Of a stretch of DNA of 64,000 bases, positions 1 through 12,299 are shown in pieces. A model generated the notes under the pieces. That model made no database searches, was not told where the DNA came from, and saw only the letters and a list, made by a program, of their open reading frames with translations. This DNA comes from Bugula neritina (taxonomy: Eukaryota; Animalia; Bryozoa). Position numbers and translations under genes: made by a program. The stretch covers positions 13,670,633-13,734,632 of the forward strand of contig OZ037769.1 of the NCBI GenBank assembly GCA_964035545.1, read 5' to 3'. Positions within the stretch are counted from its first letter, which is position 1. Every line of letters begins with the position of its first letter.

Positions 1-18
1 TATATATAATTATATATA

Positions 19-853
19 TGTGTGTGTGTGTGTGTGTGCGTGTGCGTGTGCGTGTGCGTGTGCGTGTGCGTGTGCGTGTGCGTGTGCGTGTGCGTGTGCG
101 TGTGCGTGTGCGTGTGCGTGTGCGTGTGCGTGTGCGTGTGCGTGTGCGTGTGCGTGTGCGTGTGCGTGTGCGTGTGCGTGTGCGTGTGCGTGTGCGTGTG
201 CGTGTGCGTGTGCGTGTGCGTGTGCGTGTGCGTGTGCGTGTGCGTGTGCGTGTGCGTGTGCGTGTGCGTGTGCGTGTGCGTGTGCGTGTGCGTGTGCGTG
301 TGCGTGTGCGTGTGCGTGTGCGTGTGCGTGTGCGTGTGCGTGTGCGTGTGCGTGTGCGTGTGCGTGTGCGTGTGCGTGTGCGTGTGCGTGTGCGTGTGCG
401 TGTGCGTGTGCGTGTGCGTGTGCGTGTGCGTGTGCGTGTGCGTGTGCGTGTGCGTGTGCGTGTGCGTGTGCGTGTGCGTGTGCGTGTGCGTGTGCGTGTG
501 CGTGTGCGTGTGCGTGTGCGTGTGCGTGTGCGTGTGCGTGTGCGTGTGCGTGTGCGTGTGCGTGTGCGTGTGCGTGTGCGTGTGCGTGTGCGTGTGCGTG
601 TGCGTGTGCGTGTGCGTGTGCGTGTGCGTGTGCGTGTGCGTGTGCGTGTGCGTGTGCGTGTGCGTGTGCGTGTGCGTGTGCGTGTGCGTGTGCGTGTGCG
701 TGTGCGTGTGCGTGTGCGTGTGCGTGTGCGTGTGTGTGCGTGTGTGTGCGTGTGTGTGCGTGTGTGTGCGTGTGTGTGCGTGTGTGTGCGTGTGTGTGCG
801 TGTGTGTGCGTGTGTGTGCGTGTGTGTGCGTGTGTGTGCGTGTGTGTGTGTGT
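19..853. repeat. (GTGTGC)n microsatellite changing to (GTGTGTGTGC)n near 730
   Basis: Near-perfect tandem hexamer visible directly; the three overlapping VR/CA/CV ORFs are its translation. Confidence 0.99.
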
Positions 854-1642
854 TATTTGGAGTAAATTTTCAACATCAATACATAAATATTAGTCTATTT
901 ATTTCTTTGTCTAAGTTTAAGCTCTGGTCTGTCAAACTTGTAACTAGTTATCAAAATTAAACTATTCTCCAGTTCTGGAAGTTTCTTGACCTGTTTTAAA
1001 TTTTAAGCATAATCTGATTTAGGTGTGAGTAAAATATCATGCAAATTTTAGTTGTTTTAGTATGTCTCAAGTTATTACTCCTTATATTCATATAACTGTT
1101 TTTAAGTTATATTATTTGTCATTATTTCATCTACATAAATATATTATTTAGCTCAGTGAACGTAAGTTATGCAAATGTATAGCATTTTAAAATAAAAGGT
1201 TTGGGTGGCTATGAAATGAGCTACTAGCTAGCTTTCAGCAACACTTTCTACAATATTTTAGACATGTTACTTTCACAGTCATATACTGTTGCAATTCATC
1301 AGTTTATTTAATGTATCTGTTGTAATGAAGAAAAATAGGCAAATTGTGTATACCAACATTAAATTTATTCTGGTATCACAGTTTGAAACATTTCACATAA
1401 CAAATGCATATTCGCACCTAAATTAAGTGCACATGTAGTTGAATACCAACAATGTTGGTTAAAACTAGAGCAAAAGAAGTTTAATTCCATTTGATAGTGG
1501 GCAATTTTAAACTTAAAAACTAGAATACACCCAGCAAAAAGTTATATATGATGAATTAAATTGTTCTTGGTTACTTATTTGACAATGAATTATTAGGTTT
1601 TGTAAGCAGCATGGTAATTATGTAATAAAGGGGCACAAGGTT

Positions 1643-3897
1643 TCAAACATGTAAAGAGAAGACAACTGCTAACATCAAAACTGACTGGACCATGAAGCCC
1701 GCCTTTCCAAATATTGAATTGCCGGCACTGGTAGGGGTTGGAGCTAAAATTACAGAATAACACAAGACATAATAATACATAATATTATATAGTGCAACAT
1801 CAAAAGCATGCATCATATTCTAAAGCTGTATCAGTAAAAGTAAAGTTCTATAACAATATAATAATTAATATGTAGTCTTAACTGAGAGTTTTCAAAACTT
1901 GGTTGATAAATTGCAGTAAAAGCACCAAAGTCAGAAAAGTTCCAAGCCTCAACTGAGCTTGATCTATTTACAGTTGGCTGTGCAATCTTCCTGAATGAAA
2001 AATATTTGCCCCCACTGAGATTCGAACTGAAGACCTCTGGCTTGCAAGCAAGTGCCCTAACCATTACACCAGGGGAACCACTGGGTAAACTTACCACTAC
2101 ATTAAACTGAATATATTTATATATTCAAACATTTTTAGAACAAAATTAACAATACTACAGTTTGCAGCAATTGTTTCTATTTATATATATTTTAAACAGG
2201 GAAGAATATAATATCTGTAGGAAGTTGCTTACTTGCTGCAGTTGTTGAAGGAGTAGAAGTTGTTGTTGTTGTAGTGGTGGTCGTTGCTGAAATGAGTATA
2301 ACTCGCAATTATATCCTTTATTTACAAGCCTTGAACAATGAATAATATAGGCATATAATAAAGTATATTATATAATACATTGCTTACTTGTTGTAGTCGT
2401 TGGAGGTTGGGTAGTTGGAGTTTTTAATGTTGTAGCTCCTAAAATTAGAATAAATGCCTTTTTATTCATGCCACTGAAAGTTTAGACTTCTTGTTTTTAC
2501 CTTCACTAATGACATTCATAGTTTTGTTCCCCCAGTTTAACTTTTTAAGCAGCAATCATGGCTATATGTGAAAAAGCAATCAAGTCTGATCAACCTTTTT
2601 GTTTATGGTTTAACTGCTATTATAGGAAATATGAGGCCGTCTTTCCTACTTTATACTTAATTGCTTTCATTTCTTTTGGCCTGATATTTCAGACAAAGTA
2701 CCTCAAAAAACAAAAAAAAATTTACTTGGTGTAACATTATATATGTTAAACAAAAACATTGTTAGTGCCAATATAAGAGATAATGTCAAAATAAGAAATA
2801 TCTCAAGTGAGAACTTTAAAATAACAAGTTTATATAATAATATAGCAAACTAATCAAAAAAAGATAGGTAATAACTGCTGTATAGGTATGTTGTTTATAT
2901 TTAGAAATTTCAACAATGTGCATTGATATGTAATATTTCCTTCCCTACTTTGTTATTTATTATATTATTATATTATTATGTTATTTATTTATTATATATT
3001 ATTTTATATGTGTTTTGGTGTTTTATTATGCATATAATTTATACAATACAACATGGTATAATCAACAACTATTAGTTTTAGCTTGTTATTGCTGTATGTA
3101 TTGTTTAGACATGTACTTTTAATATTTAGAAGTTTGATTCAATAATAGTAAGAGCTTTATTAAAGTGGCCTCTTCAATTTCGTGTTTAGAATATTAATTT
3201 TAGTTTAACATTAAGAGGCCTTGTCCATCCTCTGTAATTAAAATGTAGAATCATCCTTGTTTGGAGCAGCTAAAATGAAGTTTGGACAAATGTAAATTTA
3301 CAAAAAAATATTAAATACACTCTTATAAGTGTTCATCTTCAGTTAAAAAAATAGCGGAATGTATAAAACAACGATGCTCAATACTTATATATAACTACAT
3401 TAACAAATCAATTGCCAACAATTTATTTTAATAAATTAACTATTATTTATTATATAAGGCGTATAAGCAAGTTTGTATATATGTAGTTAACGGCATTTTA
3501 ATTATATATTATGTTGTAATGTCTATAATAGTTAATGGTATACATATATATTATTATTGCAGAAACTTTTTAATGACAGTCATATATACTTACAAATCTG
3601 TCAATATAATATTATGCATGGTTTTAAAATGAAATTTTACTTTCACAGTAATTTTGATAATTTCACATCTCTTATAATAATTTCCTTTCTTCAAAAATAT
3701 AAAATATAGATTTACAGCGTTTTATATTTATAACGTAGATTATATTTTTATGATTGCAGCAGCTGTAAAAGGTATTTGGTTATAATGAAAAGTTATGGTT
3801 GTACCAATATTGCCATGGACTGTATAGAATACCACTTACCATCTGTTAAGGTGACAGCTATCAGCAGGGAAAGCAGCAATACTGCTGTAATCTTCAT
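1643..3897 (-). CDS. Gene A: 87-aa Thr-rich putative GPI-anchored mini-mucin
   Basis: Exons 3897-3840, 2438-2388, 2286-2233, 1743-1643; all introns GT-AG, phase 1. Translation MKITAVLLLSLLIAVTLTD-GATTLKTPTTQPP(T)14STPSTTAATPTPT-SAG-NSIFGKAGFMVQSVLMLAVVFSLHV*: signal peptide, Thr tract, small-residue omega site, hydrophobic C-terminus with no cytoplasmic tail. Confidence 0.88.
2003..2085 (-). mobile_element. Short tRNA(Ala-like)-derived repeat, family 2
   Basis: A box TGGTGTAATGG, CTTGCAA loop, B box-like AGTTCGAATC; second copy at about 35100; absent from the paralogous intron of gene B. Confidence 0.7.
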
Positions 3898-3950
3898 CCT
3901 TGTGTTGAGAAATCTAAATTAAGAGTATGTTTTCAAAAAACAAACATGTC

Positions 3951-4121
3951 TTTATATATGAGCAATAAACCTGTCACAGTGCACTTGCTGTGAGTGATTT
4001 TATCTCTACTCATATCTTTTACAGACCCTTTGATCTCATGCTATGTTTCCTCGTGATTTTTACAGATAAAGAAGTAGTTTGACTATAAGTAAATGTTTTG
4101 TTTACAAATAATCATGGCAAC
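3951..4121 (-). promoter_or_regulatory. Gene A promoter: TATA box, Fox-type TGTTTAC and X-box-like ATAATCATGGCAAC
   Basis: TATATAAA (minus) 3951-3958; TGTTTAC 4099-4105; X-box match 4108-4121; region conserved with gene B 9150-9410. Confidence 0.55.
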
Positions 4122-4447
4122 ACTTGACAATGAATGTTACAGTTGTAGCAACGCAAACAAGGAAAACTGAGTAATCACAGCAGGTACACTTCATGGGTTG
4201 TTTAGAAAAGGTACATGTTAAGTTACTGTGTCTAGAAGTTACTCACGCGGTAGTCAAATTCTAAGTGATCAGCACCTTGAGATTACCTACATCCTATAGG
4301 CTAGTTATAGTTACCATACTTTATAGCTATATTGCTATACATACCATTGCTAAGCTCTACAGCTTCTCTCAGGGCTTTATCATACACATTTATAATACAG
4401 TAGACTATAATTATATGCATAAACAAAAATATGCCACTACAACAGTA

Positions 4448-5745
4448 GGGGTAAGGGGGGGGGGGCACAACGGGCTGAATTTCGCATTTGTTGCTCTCAT
4501 TCGTCTGTTTTTCAAGTTACTAGTTCAATAATCTCTAGTCTTAATGCTGCATCTGTTGTCTGTTACAGGTACCAGTTTGTTGTTTCTATCTCTCTCACAA
4601 CTTTCAGAATAATGAAATTTTCATGACGAAAAAATTGGCCCGTTGTGCCGCGGTACCGGGGTACAATGGGCCACTGGGTGGGACATAACAAATATATTGA
4701 AATTTTGCCTATTTTGTTACATCTGATCTTTATTTTTTAATATTACAAATAAATAAAGATACTCTTTCGGACCTACAGCAAAATTCATGTTTTAGCTGCA
4801 TGTACAGCTTGTGCCACTACAGATAGCAGAGGAAGGCAAAATCAAACGCACATCACTCGGTTTTGCAGTGCCATTATCATTACTGTTTAGAACTAAAAAT
4901 GTTCTGTTATTTTCATTTCAGAGGAACGTTTATTAAAAAAAATTTTAGTAACATGTACTAAAAAGTTCCGAGTGGACTTTTTTCTATGAACTGTAGCTAA
5001 GGTTTGTGACTGGAGTTCGGAAGGGAAAGGGGGGAGCAAATGAGCAAATCACAGTTTATACTAGTCAAATACATGTATATTCTCTCAATGGTGTAATATA
5101 TAGTGATTACCATAACTATCTACTAGTAACAACAGCAGAGTGTTTTGTATTATGTATAAAATGGCAAAGCTTTAACCTCACCAGACGTATATATTAGGGG
5201 AGCTTCACCTTGTAGTTTTGTAGTCTTACCATGATGTCTTTGATATTTTACATAAAGGTCAGAAATGGCTATATCTATAGATTTTAGTAACATTCCAAAC
5301 AAACTTTTTGGGCAAACAAACTAATAACACTGATCAGGGTGCAATAATCAGGTGGCCCATTGTGCCCCGTGTGGCCAAATTGAAAATAAATGTGCCTCAA
5401 GGAAAATTTATTCTAGTGTTTGCTGTTATACTAGTTAAGCAATGTAGAAACAAGCAATGGCAACAATATTATAGTAAAATCTAGGCTTCTTGCTTTTGAG
5501 TGTAAAAAGTTATAAAGCTTTAACGACATCCTAAAAAAGTTACAAAAAGTAGGTAAAAACAGTTTTTTACTCGCCTTTTCAACACGTATGTTCCGCGAGT
5601 GTTGAAACTACAAAGGCTGAATAATTATGTCAATATCTTTTTATGAAGAAAAATCACAATTCTAGGTCAATAAGTTCTCTCACAATTTTGCCGGCTTTTT
5701 GTACCCCTATGACCGTTGTGCCCCCCCCCCCCCCCCCGTTACCCC
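4448..5745. mobile_element. Non-autonomous DNA transposon/MITE with TA TSD (Tc1-mariner/pogo type)
   Basis: TIRs GGGGTAA(G)nCACAACGG and CCGTTGTG(C)nGTTACCCC flanked by TA on both sides; internal GGCCC(G/A)TTGTGCC motif copies at about 4637 and 5354; interrupts the homology with the gene B upstream region. Confidence 0.85.
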
Positions 5746-6752
5746 TATAATATAAACACAAACACTGTTTGCCTTTGAAGTGTAAGTTTGAGTTCTATAT
5801 AACTTTACAATGCGGCACAATGCTAGACCCACCCTCAAAGCAGAAGTATATCAGTATACCTCAAGCCTAGGTTTTATATTACCTAGAACTACTCTATATT
5901 AGCTAACCTGCTGGTTTTTAAAATCTCTAACTGATGTTGTAGTGTTTTTTGTTGATAATTATATGATATACTTGTTTAAATCGTCTAATAATTTCTGCCC
6001 TTCTTTAGTTTTAAATTTTGCAGTATATAGCAGTATTTCTTTGTATAATTTCTATGATGGTGTTTGTAAATTGAAACTGTTAACACATTTTTCCAAGAGT
6101 ATGTCAAAAATAAGTCAATTTTATTTCTTCAGTGTTGATTACAAGTTTATTATGTGCAGCACTAATGTTCTATAACGTGCATAAGCAGTGCCACAATTTT
6201 GGTTTGAACGAATCTCATTCTATATAATATGCAATAATCTATAAAGGTTTTTGTTTGGTTTACAGATTGCAGTTTCACTGCTCACCGAAATGGTATGTGA
6301 CCTGGTTTTATATAAAAGTCTGTGTCTTGATTTTATTGTTATAACATTTTTTTTATTAGAAAGAGAATTATATATAGGCAAAACAGAGGCAATTTTGTTT
6401 CAATTGTTTACGCTGACATCACCGTTTGAAGCCTTTAACATAACAAAGCTCAGCACACACCACAGTTTTAGAATTATGTTGATTTGTTGTCCATATACTC
6501 AACTTATAAGTTTACATTGAGTTAAATACAAACAATGTTGACTAAAAGCTGAGAAAAAACATTTATAATTTAATAGTTGGCACTTTTAAACTATAAAAAT
6601 GGAGTAAACCCAATCATTACTAAATTTATCCTAAATCAAATGGTTAATTGCTCTTTTTTTATTTGTGCAATAAACAAATATTATTTCAAACAATATAATG
6701 TTAAGTATGATGATACTAGATGATCATAATAATTACAGTGAAGGTGCTTAAA

Positions 6753-9099
6753 TCAAACATGTAAAGAGAAGACAACTGCCAACATAAAAACTGACTGGAC
6801 CATGAAACTCGTCTTTCCAAATAGAGAGTTGCCTCCACTGGTAGTATTTTGAGCTAAAATTACAGAACATGAAACATAATAAAACATACCTGATGTAGAA
6901 TGATAACTCCAAACTGTTGTATACAAGCCAATATAAATACTCTCAGGTAATATTAGTATATTAGAGATTAGTTTTCTTTTTCTGTCAGTGAGGTATATAT
7001 TGTAATATATTTATATATGCATTACTTACTAATTTCGCTTTAAAATGTGTGATAAGACCTTATAATTTTTATTCATCCATTGTTTTAATTTTTGACTTGC
7101 TTAAACAGAATGCTATATCCCCACATAGTTTACCATATAGTAGCCTACATTATATCAAATAATAATATACATATATGCTATAATATCATAAACTATAAAC
7201 TGTGATTATAAGAGCAGCAAAGCTTTTTAACAGTACAGTATGTATACTGTAGTCTTACAGGGTCTTCAGAACATGCAATAAAGTCAAGGAACTTGAAACC
7301 TCAACTGAGTCTGATTCTCCCCTACAGCTGGCTGTGCAATGTTTGAAAGATGTGAATTTCAAAACTGAATAATATATTTCTACACAATTATTTTAGGAGA
7401 AACAGAAATTGCTGCATAATTTGCAATTATCTTTTAACAACAAAAAGTATAGATCTATAAGGAGGCAATACAATGCTTACCTGCTACAGTAGTGAGTGCT
7501 CCTGGTGCTACTGTGGGTGGTGGTGCTGCTGGCGGTGCTGCTGGCGGTGCTGCTGGTGGTGCTGCTGCTGGTGCTGCTGCTGGTGCTGCTGTAGTAGTGT
7601 TGGATGCTGCTAAAATTACCATACATGCCTCTTGTTGCAAATATCACTAGATCAACTATTTTTTCTAACCGTCAGGTCTAAACAAGATAAGACCTTTGTC
7701 CTTATAAGGAGCTGCATGAGCCATCTCCCATATTTGTAAGGTCATCATGACTAGTTAGCTAATATTTCCTATTTTATATCTATTTACTTTGTTTTTAGTT
7801 AAGGCAGGACAAAACGGTTTAAAAAAATACTCATTTATTGTAGCCTAGCTAAGCTGTGCTACATATTTCAGATAAAGGTAAAGTTAATATATAGTAATAT
7901 AATTTACAAATTTATTAGTAATATAACTTATAAAGTTAATATTATAGTGATATAACTTATAAGTGACAATGAGTTGAAGCAAATATCCTTAGCTAAAAGA
8001 GAAGTTTAAAGCTTATAAAATAGCAAGCTAATTGGAACAAAATAGGTATTTTAATTTATCATTTCTGTTTTTTATTTACCTTCAAGATTATATGGGCGTC
8101 TATGTATAATAATTCTTTTCATTTTCTACACATATAATACATTATAATATATGCATGTGTGCTAATGTTTGTTACTTACAATGACTATTATATAAACATT
8201 TCATAATTTGTTAAGTTGTATTTATAATTGCATATGTTTTTTGTTGAGTTTTTACAATTTAAAACAGAATTAAATATTAAAGCTGAGAGCATATATTAAA
8301 AAATTTCTCATAATTCTATACTGAACCATTTTTTGTTTGACAATTGATTTTGCAATAAATTGACACGTGTTATAAGAATAATTTACAGTTTTAGTGCAGA
8401 TATACAGTAGTTTATAAAAGTGATCAAAATAAAATTCAAGCAAAAGAGATTTGCAAAAGCTAAAACTAATTATACATTTTTGTCGATTCAAAAAGAGGCT
8501 CAACTTTCAAACTTGTTACAGATAGCTTAAATAGACTGCAATTAAACTAACTTTAAAATTGATTCAAAAATTCTACAGTAATAAATAATACGCTAATTGT
8601 AAAAAAATATATTTTAATTATAAAATTAATTCTTTTTTTTGTTATATTCCTTACATTTTGTAAAACCATGTTTGATCAAAACCTTTCTATATAGTTGATG
8701 GCGCAAGTTTTTATTATCTTATAACATAATTTATTGTAATACATATTACATTCATCCTACTGGCAAACAATTATGCTTTACAAAGTGTTATAAATATATA
8801 ATAAATTAACTGTAAAAATGTTCATACAGCTTATATATATTAATATATAAGTATTTTAGAATTTCACATATAATTGCTTCTCTTTCTTCAAAAATATCAC
8901 ATGTAATTTTAAGTTTAATATTTATAAAATAAGTTGTGTTTTATGGCTGAAAATGTGCAGCCAATCAACAGCTGTGAATTCAAAACAAAAGAGTAATAGT
9001 TATAACATTGCCATGCATGAACTGTGTAAAAGACAACTTACCAGCTGACAAAGTTACAGCAACCAGCAGGAAAATCACCAATACTGTTGTAAACTTCAT
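6753..9099 (-). CDS. Gene B: 95-aa Ala/Pro-rich putative GPI-anchored peptide, paralog of gene A
   Basis: Exons 9099-9042, 7609-7481, 6853-6753; phase-1 introns. MKFTTVLVIFLLVAVTLSA-AASNTTTAAPAAAPAAAPPAAPPAAPPAAPPPTVAPGALTTVAAQNTT-SGG-NSLFGKTSFMVQSVFMLAVVFSLHV*. First and last exons have the same lengths (58 and 101 nt) as in gene A and are highly similar. Confidence 0.88.
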
Positions 9100-9152
9100 A
9101 TTTGTCTTGGAGAATCTACAGAAGGAATATGTTTTCAAAAAATAAACATGTC

Positions 9153-9322
9153 TTTTTATATCAGCAGTAAACCTGTCACAGTACACTTGTAGTGATTTAA
9201 TCTTGAACTATATTATCTTTTACAGAGCCTTTGATCTAATGTCATGCTTCCTTATGACTTTTACAAATAGCGAAGTAGTTGGACTACAAGTAAATGTTTT
9301 GTTTACAAATAACTATGGCAAC
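9153..9322 (-). promoter_or_regulatory. Gene B promoter: TATA, TGTTTAC, X-box-like ATAACTATGGCAAC
   Basis: TATAAAAA (minus) about 9153-9160; TGTTTAC 9300-9306; X-box match 9309-9322. Confidence 0.55.
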
Positions 9323-9692
9323 ACGGAGCAATGAATGTAGCAGTTATAACAAGGCAAACAGGGAAAACTGAGTAATCAGAGGGGCACTTGATGGGTTGCT
9401 TAGAAAAGGTGTAACACAATTAAACACTGTTTGCTTTTGATTTATTAGTTTGAGTTCCAACTTTGCAATGAGGCACAGCACTAGTCCCACCCTCACCAAG
9501 TCATAAGTATTTCGCAGACTCTCAGCTGAGGAACTTTTATAATTCTAGGCCTGGTATTTTATATTAACTATAGAACCACTCTGATCTCTTATCTACTGCA
9601 TGGTGCTCAAAGTCTATCTAACTGATATAGTGATTGATGTTGATATTTACACAATGTTTTGTTTTGATTATAAATACTCAAAAAGTTTACAT

Positions 9693-9784
9693 TTTGTAAA
9701 TATATAATGTTAGTGGGGATATTTACAGTGCTCTAACACTGCCTAGCACTGTAAATATCAGCGCAAATATTATATATTTGCAAA
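9693..9784. repeat. Imperfect ~90-bp inverted repeat (possible MITE remnant)
   Basis: GATATTTACAGTGCT / AGCACTGTAAATATC core with outer arms TTGTAAATATATAAT / ATTATATATTTGCAA. Confidence 0.6.
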
Positions 9785-9863
9785 TTGTTTATCATGTTTA
9801 ACTCAAGGAAGTAATATAATGTGAAATGGGAGAGTGGCAATTAAAAAAATTGAAGAATATTAA

Positions 9864-10013
9864 ATAATATAATATAATATAATAATATAATATAATAATA
9901 TAATAATATAATATAATATAATATAATATAATATAATATAATATAATATAATATCATATAATATCATATAATATCATATAATATAATATCATATAATATA
10001 ATATAATATAATA
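9864..10013. repeat. AT-rich (AATATAAT)n-like microsatellite
   Basis: Directly visible. Confidence 0.9.
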
Positions 10014-10545
10014 TTCTCAAAAACTGATAAAGATAGAGAATAGTATTGAAGAATATAATTGTATAAAAACACTTCAAAGTTACCTGTATTGCAGCTATTC
10101 AATGTTAATTTATATATAGATATAACATTGCATGTTGAATTTTACAATACACTATATAACTGAAATTTTGTGTAAATAATATCATTTCAAACATTTGAAG
10201 AAATATAACTACTGCTTATTGAAACACTTTTTCAAGTGATTAATGTTTTTACTGCCAAAATTTCAACAATTTTTCAACATGATGAAAAGCTCTTTGTGAA
10301 TGATTTTAAAATACATGCAGTGCTAAACTTTGCATAAGAGTCGAAACTTCACTGGCTTTTATATGACAAGTAACCTAGCTTTGAAATATCGTGTTTTGCT
10401 ACTATTGACCGGGGATATTAAAAATCTAAGTAATGAAGCAAAATAACTCGATTATCAATATTAATATTGCATTAACTTGCAGCACTCAAAATCTTTACAA
10501 CTTTTCTGACTTTAGAGACCCACTTCAGCTATTTCATCATGCCAG

Positions 10546-10546
<1 letters not shown>

Positions 10547-10598
<52 letters not shown>

Positions 10599-10637
10599 TG
10601 TGCGTGTGTGTGCTTGTGTGTGTGTTTGTGTGTGTGT
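10547..10637. repeat. (GT)n microsatellite
   Basis: Directly visible. Confidence 0.95.
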
Positions 10638-12299
10638 GAGTGTTTGCTAATAACATGCTATATAGTTTGAATATTGTTTTTTAAAAGCAGCTGCCTAAGG
10701 CTTTGATGCAAGTCTGTTTAAGTTGGTCCTTGCTAATAAGTTAAACAAAATTGTACTATAATACCAAAGAAGCTGTACTGCATGCAGGCTCACAAATATT
10801 TTAGTCTGAATTAATTAAAAAAAAGATAAATATGAAACACATCCACAATTTAGCAGTATCAGCAACTATGTTCCAGATTTACCAGTTGAATGACTTTTCA
10901 AAGTAGTGTAATTTAAAGTCAGCCAGCTTTCAAAAATGTGCACAGCATCAAATTCATGATAAAGTATATTATTAATGCTAAATAAACTCAATCCAACAGC
11001 TTATTAGTTTTATTAATTGAATTCTTAATTCATCAGTGAACAAATAAATTATAGGTAATTTGCATTGGCTATCTTTTATATTGAAACAGCTATAATTTAG
11101 TCAGCCAACTGTGATAATTTTACATTCAATGGAGGAAGTATTAGTATTTGTTAGTAGTGAATAAAAGCGTGCTAGCAACACGCATATAAACATCTTTGTA
11201 ACTGTTTGGCTATTAATTCAATAAAAATTGAAAAGGGTGTGGTACATAGTTTTAGCAACATAGATAACATCTTGTGTATGTTAGGCTAATAAATTAATCA
11301 GACTTGGGAGATTGAAAAAAGTGTTATGAGTTTTTGCACTTTTTTTATGGCATTTGACCAGTAACCTTAATCAGTAAGCCTAATTAGTAAGCTTTGAGGA
11401 CTGTATATGAGGAAATAAAAGCTTCACAATGTAATAATGAGTGATAAGATTACAACTTCAAGTTAATTTTGACGCCCAAATCTAACAAATAGACTGGCAC
11501 TGTATAATGGGGGTCCCTCAATGCTATTTGTAAAACTATTATCTAAACCACTTTAGCTCTACCTCGTTGCTGTGGCTGAAACTTCCTGGTAACCTCAAGC
11601 TGTGATAAAAACTAATGTTGATGCAAGCAACTGCTGTTGCCATGGTGCTTTGTAAACAATGTGTCTATACTTAATTACATGTTGAGAAAAGATGTATCTC
11701 AATAAACTGTTAAATGTGTTAGTCATCACCACTTGCTTGGTAATTATCTTTCACAAAAGATTCACATACTTGAGTTATTTTTACAACTTTGTTTGCTGTT
11801 CTACATAAACTATGAGATCATTCGGTGTGGTAGGTAATGGTTTAGTTTGGTATCTGATAAGAGAGCTGTTTTTATTTTCTATTTGCAGTTAATTGCATTT
11901 TCATGGTTGCTGTAGAACAGCGTTTGAAATTCCTTAAATAGTGTTTACTTATTCTTTTTTCCTGCTGCTGTTTTATCTGTAAGAGTGAATATAGTAATGT
12001 ACTTACTATTTCAGCCAATCAGGTTCTTACACATTATTTATAAATATTTTTTATTTTAAACTGTCCATGAGCAGAAGCAAATAATACATATTTAAAGTCA
12101 AATTACCAGCAAAAAATATATTTACAAATTCCAGATTATAATTGAATGTAGCTCAATAATGATTTTATTTTAAAATTAAGGCTTCTTAATTTTAGTTACA
12201 ACAGGTTTTTAAAAATGGTTTTGTTAGAATGAAGCTACATAGTTATAGCTTTATAAATAAAATGTCAGGAGATAATTTTATTGACAGTTTAGTTAGTGT

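Noticed and set aside
18-960. Three ~300-aa VR/CA/CV dipeptide ORFs
   Set aside because: Stop-free translation of a microsatellite in all three frames; no other gene signals
7481-7609. Gene B core as an antifreeze glycoprotein
   Set aside because: Repeats are AAP/AAPP rather than Ala-Ala-Thr, and the protein has a GPI-type tail
11559-11602. Possible extra exon resembling the end of gene C exon 4 (CAACGAG|GT)
   Set aside because: Phase-1 reading hits TGA immediately and no partner exons were found; at most a relic
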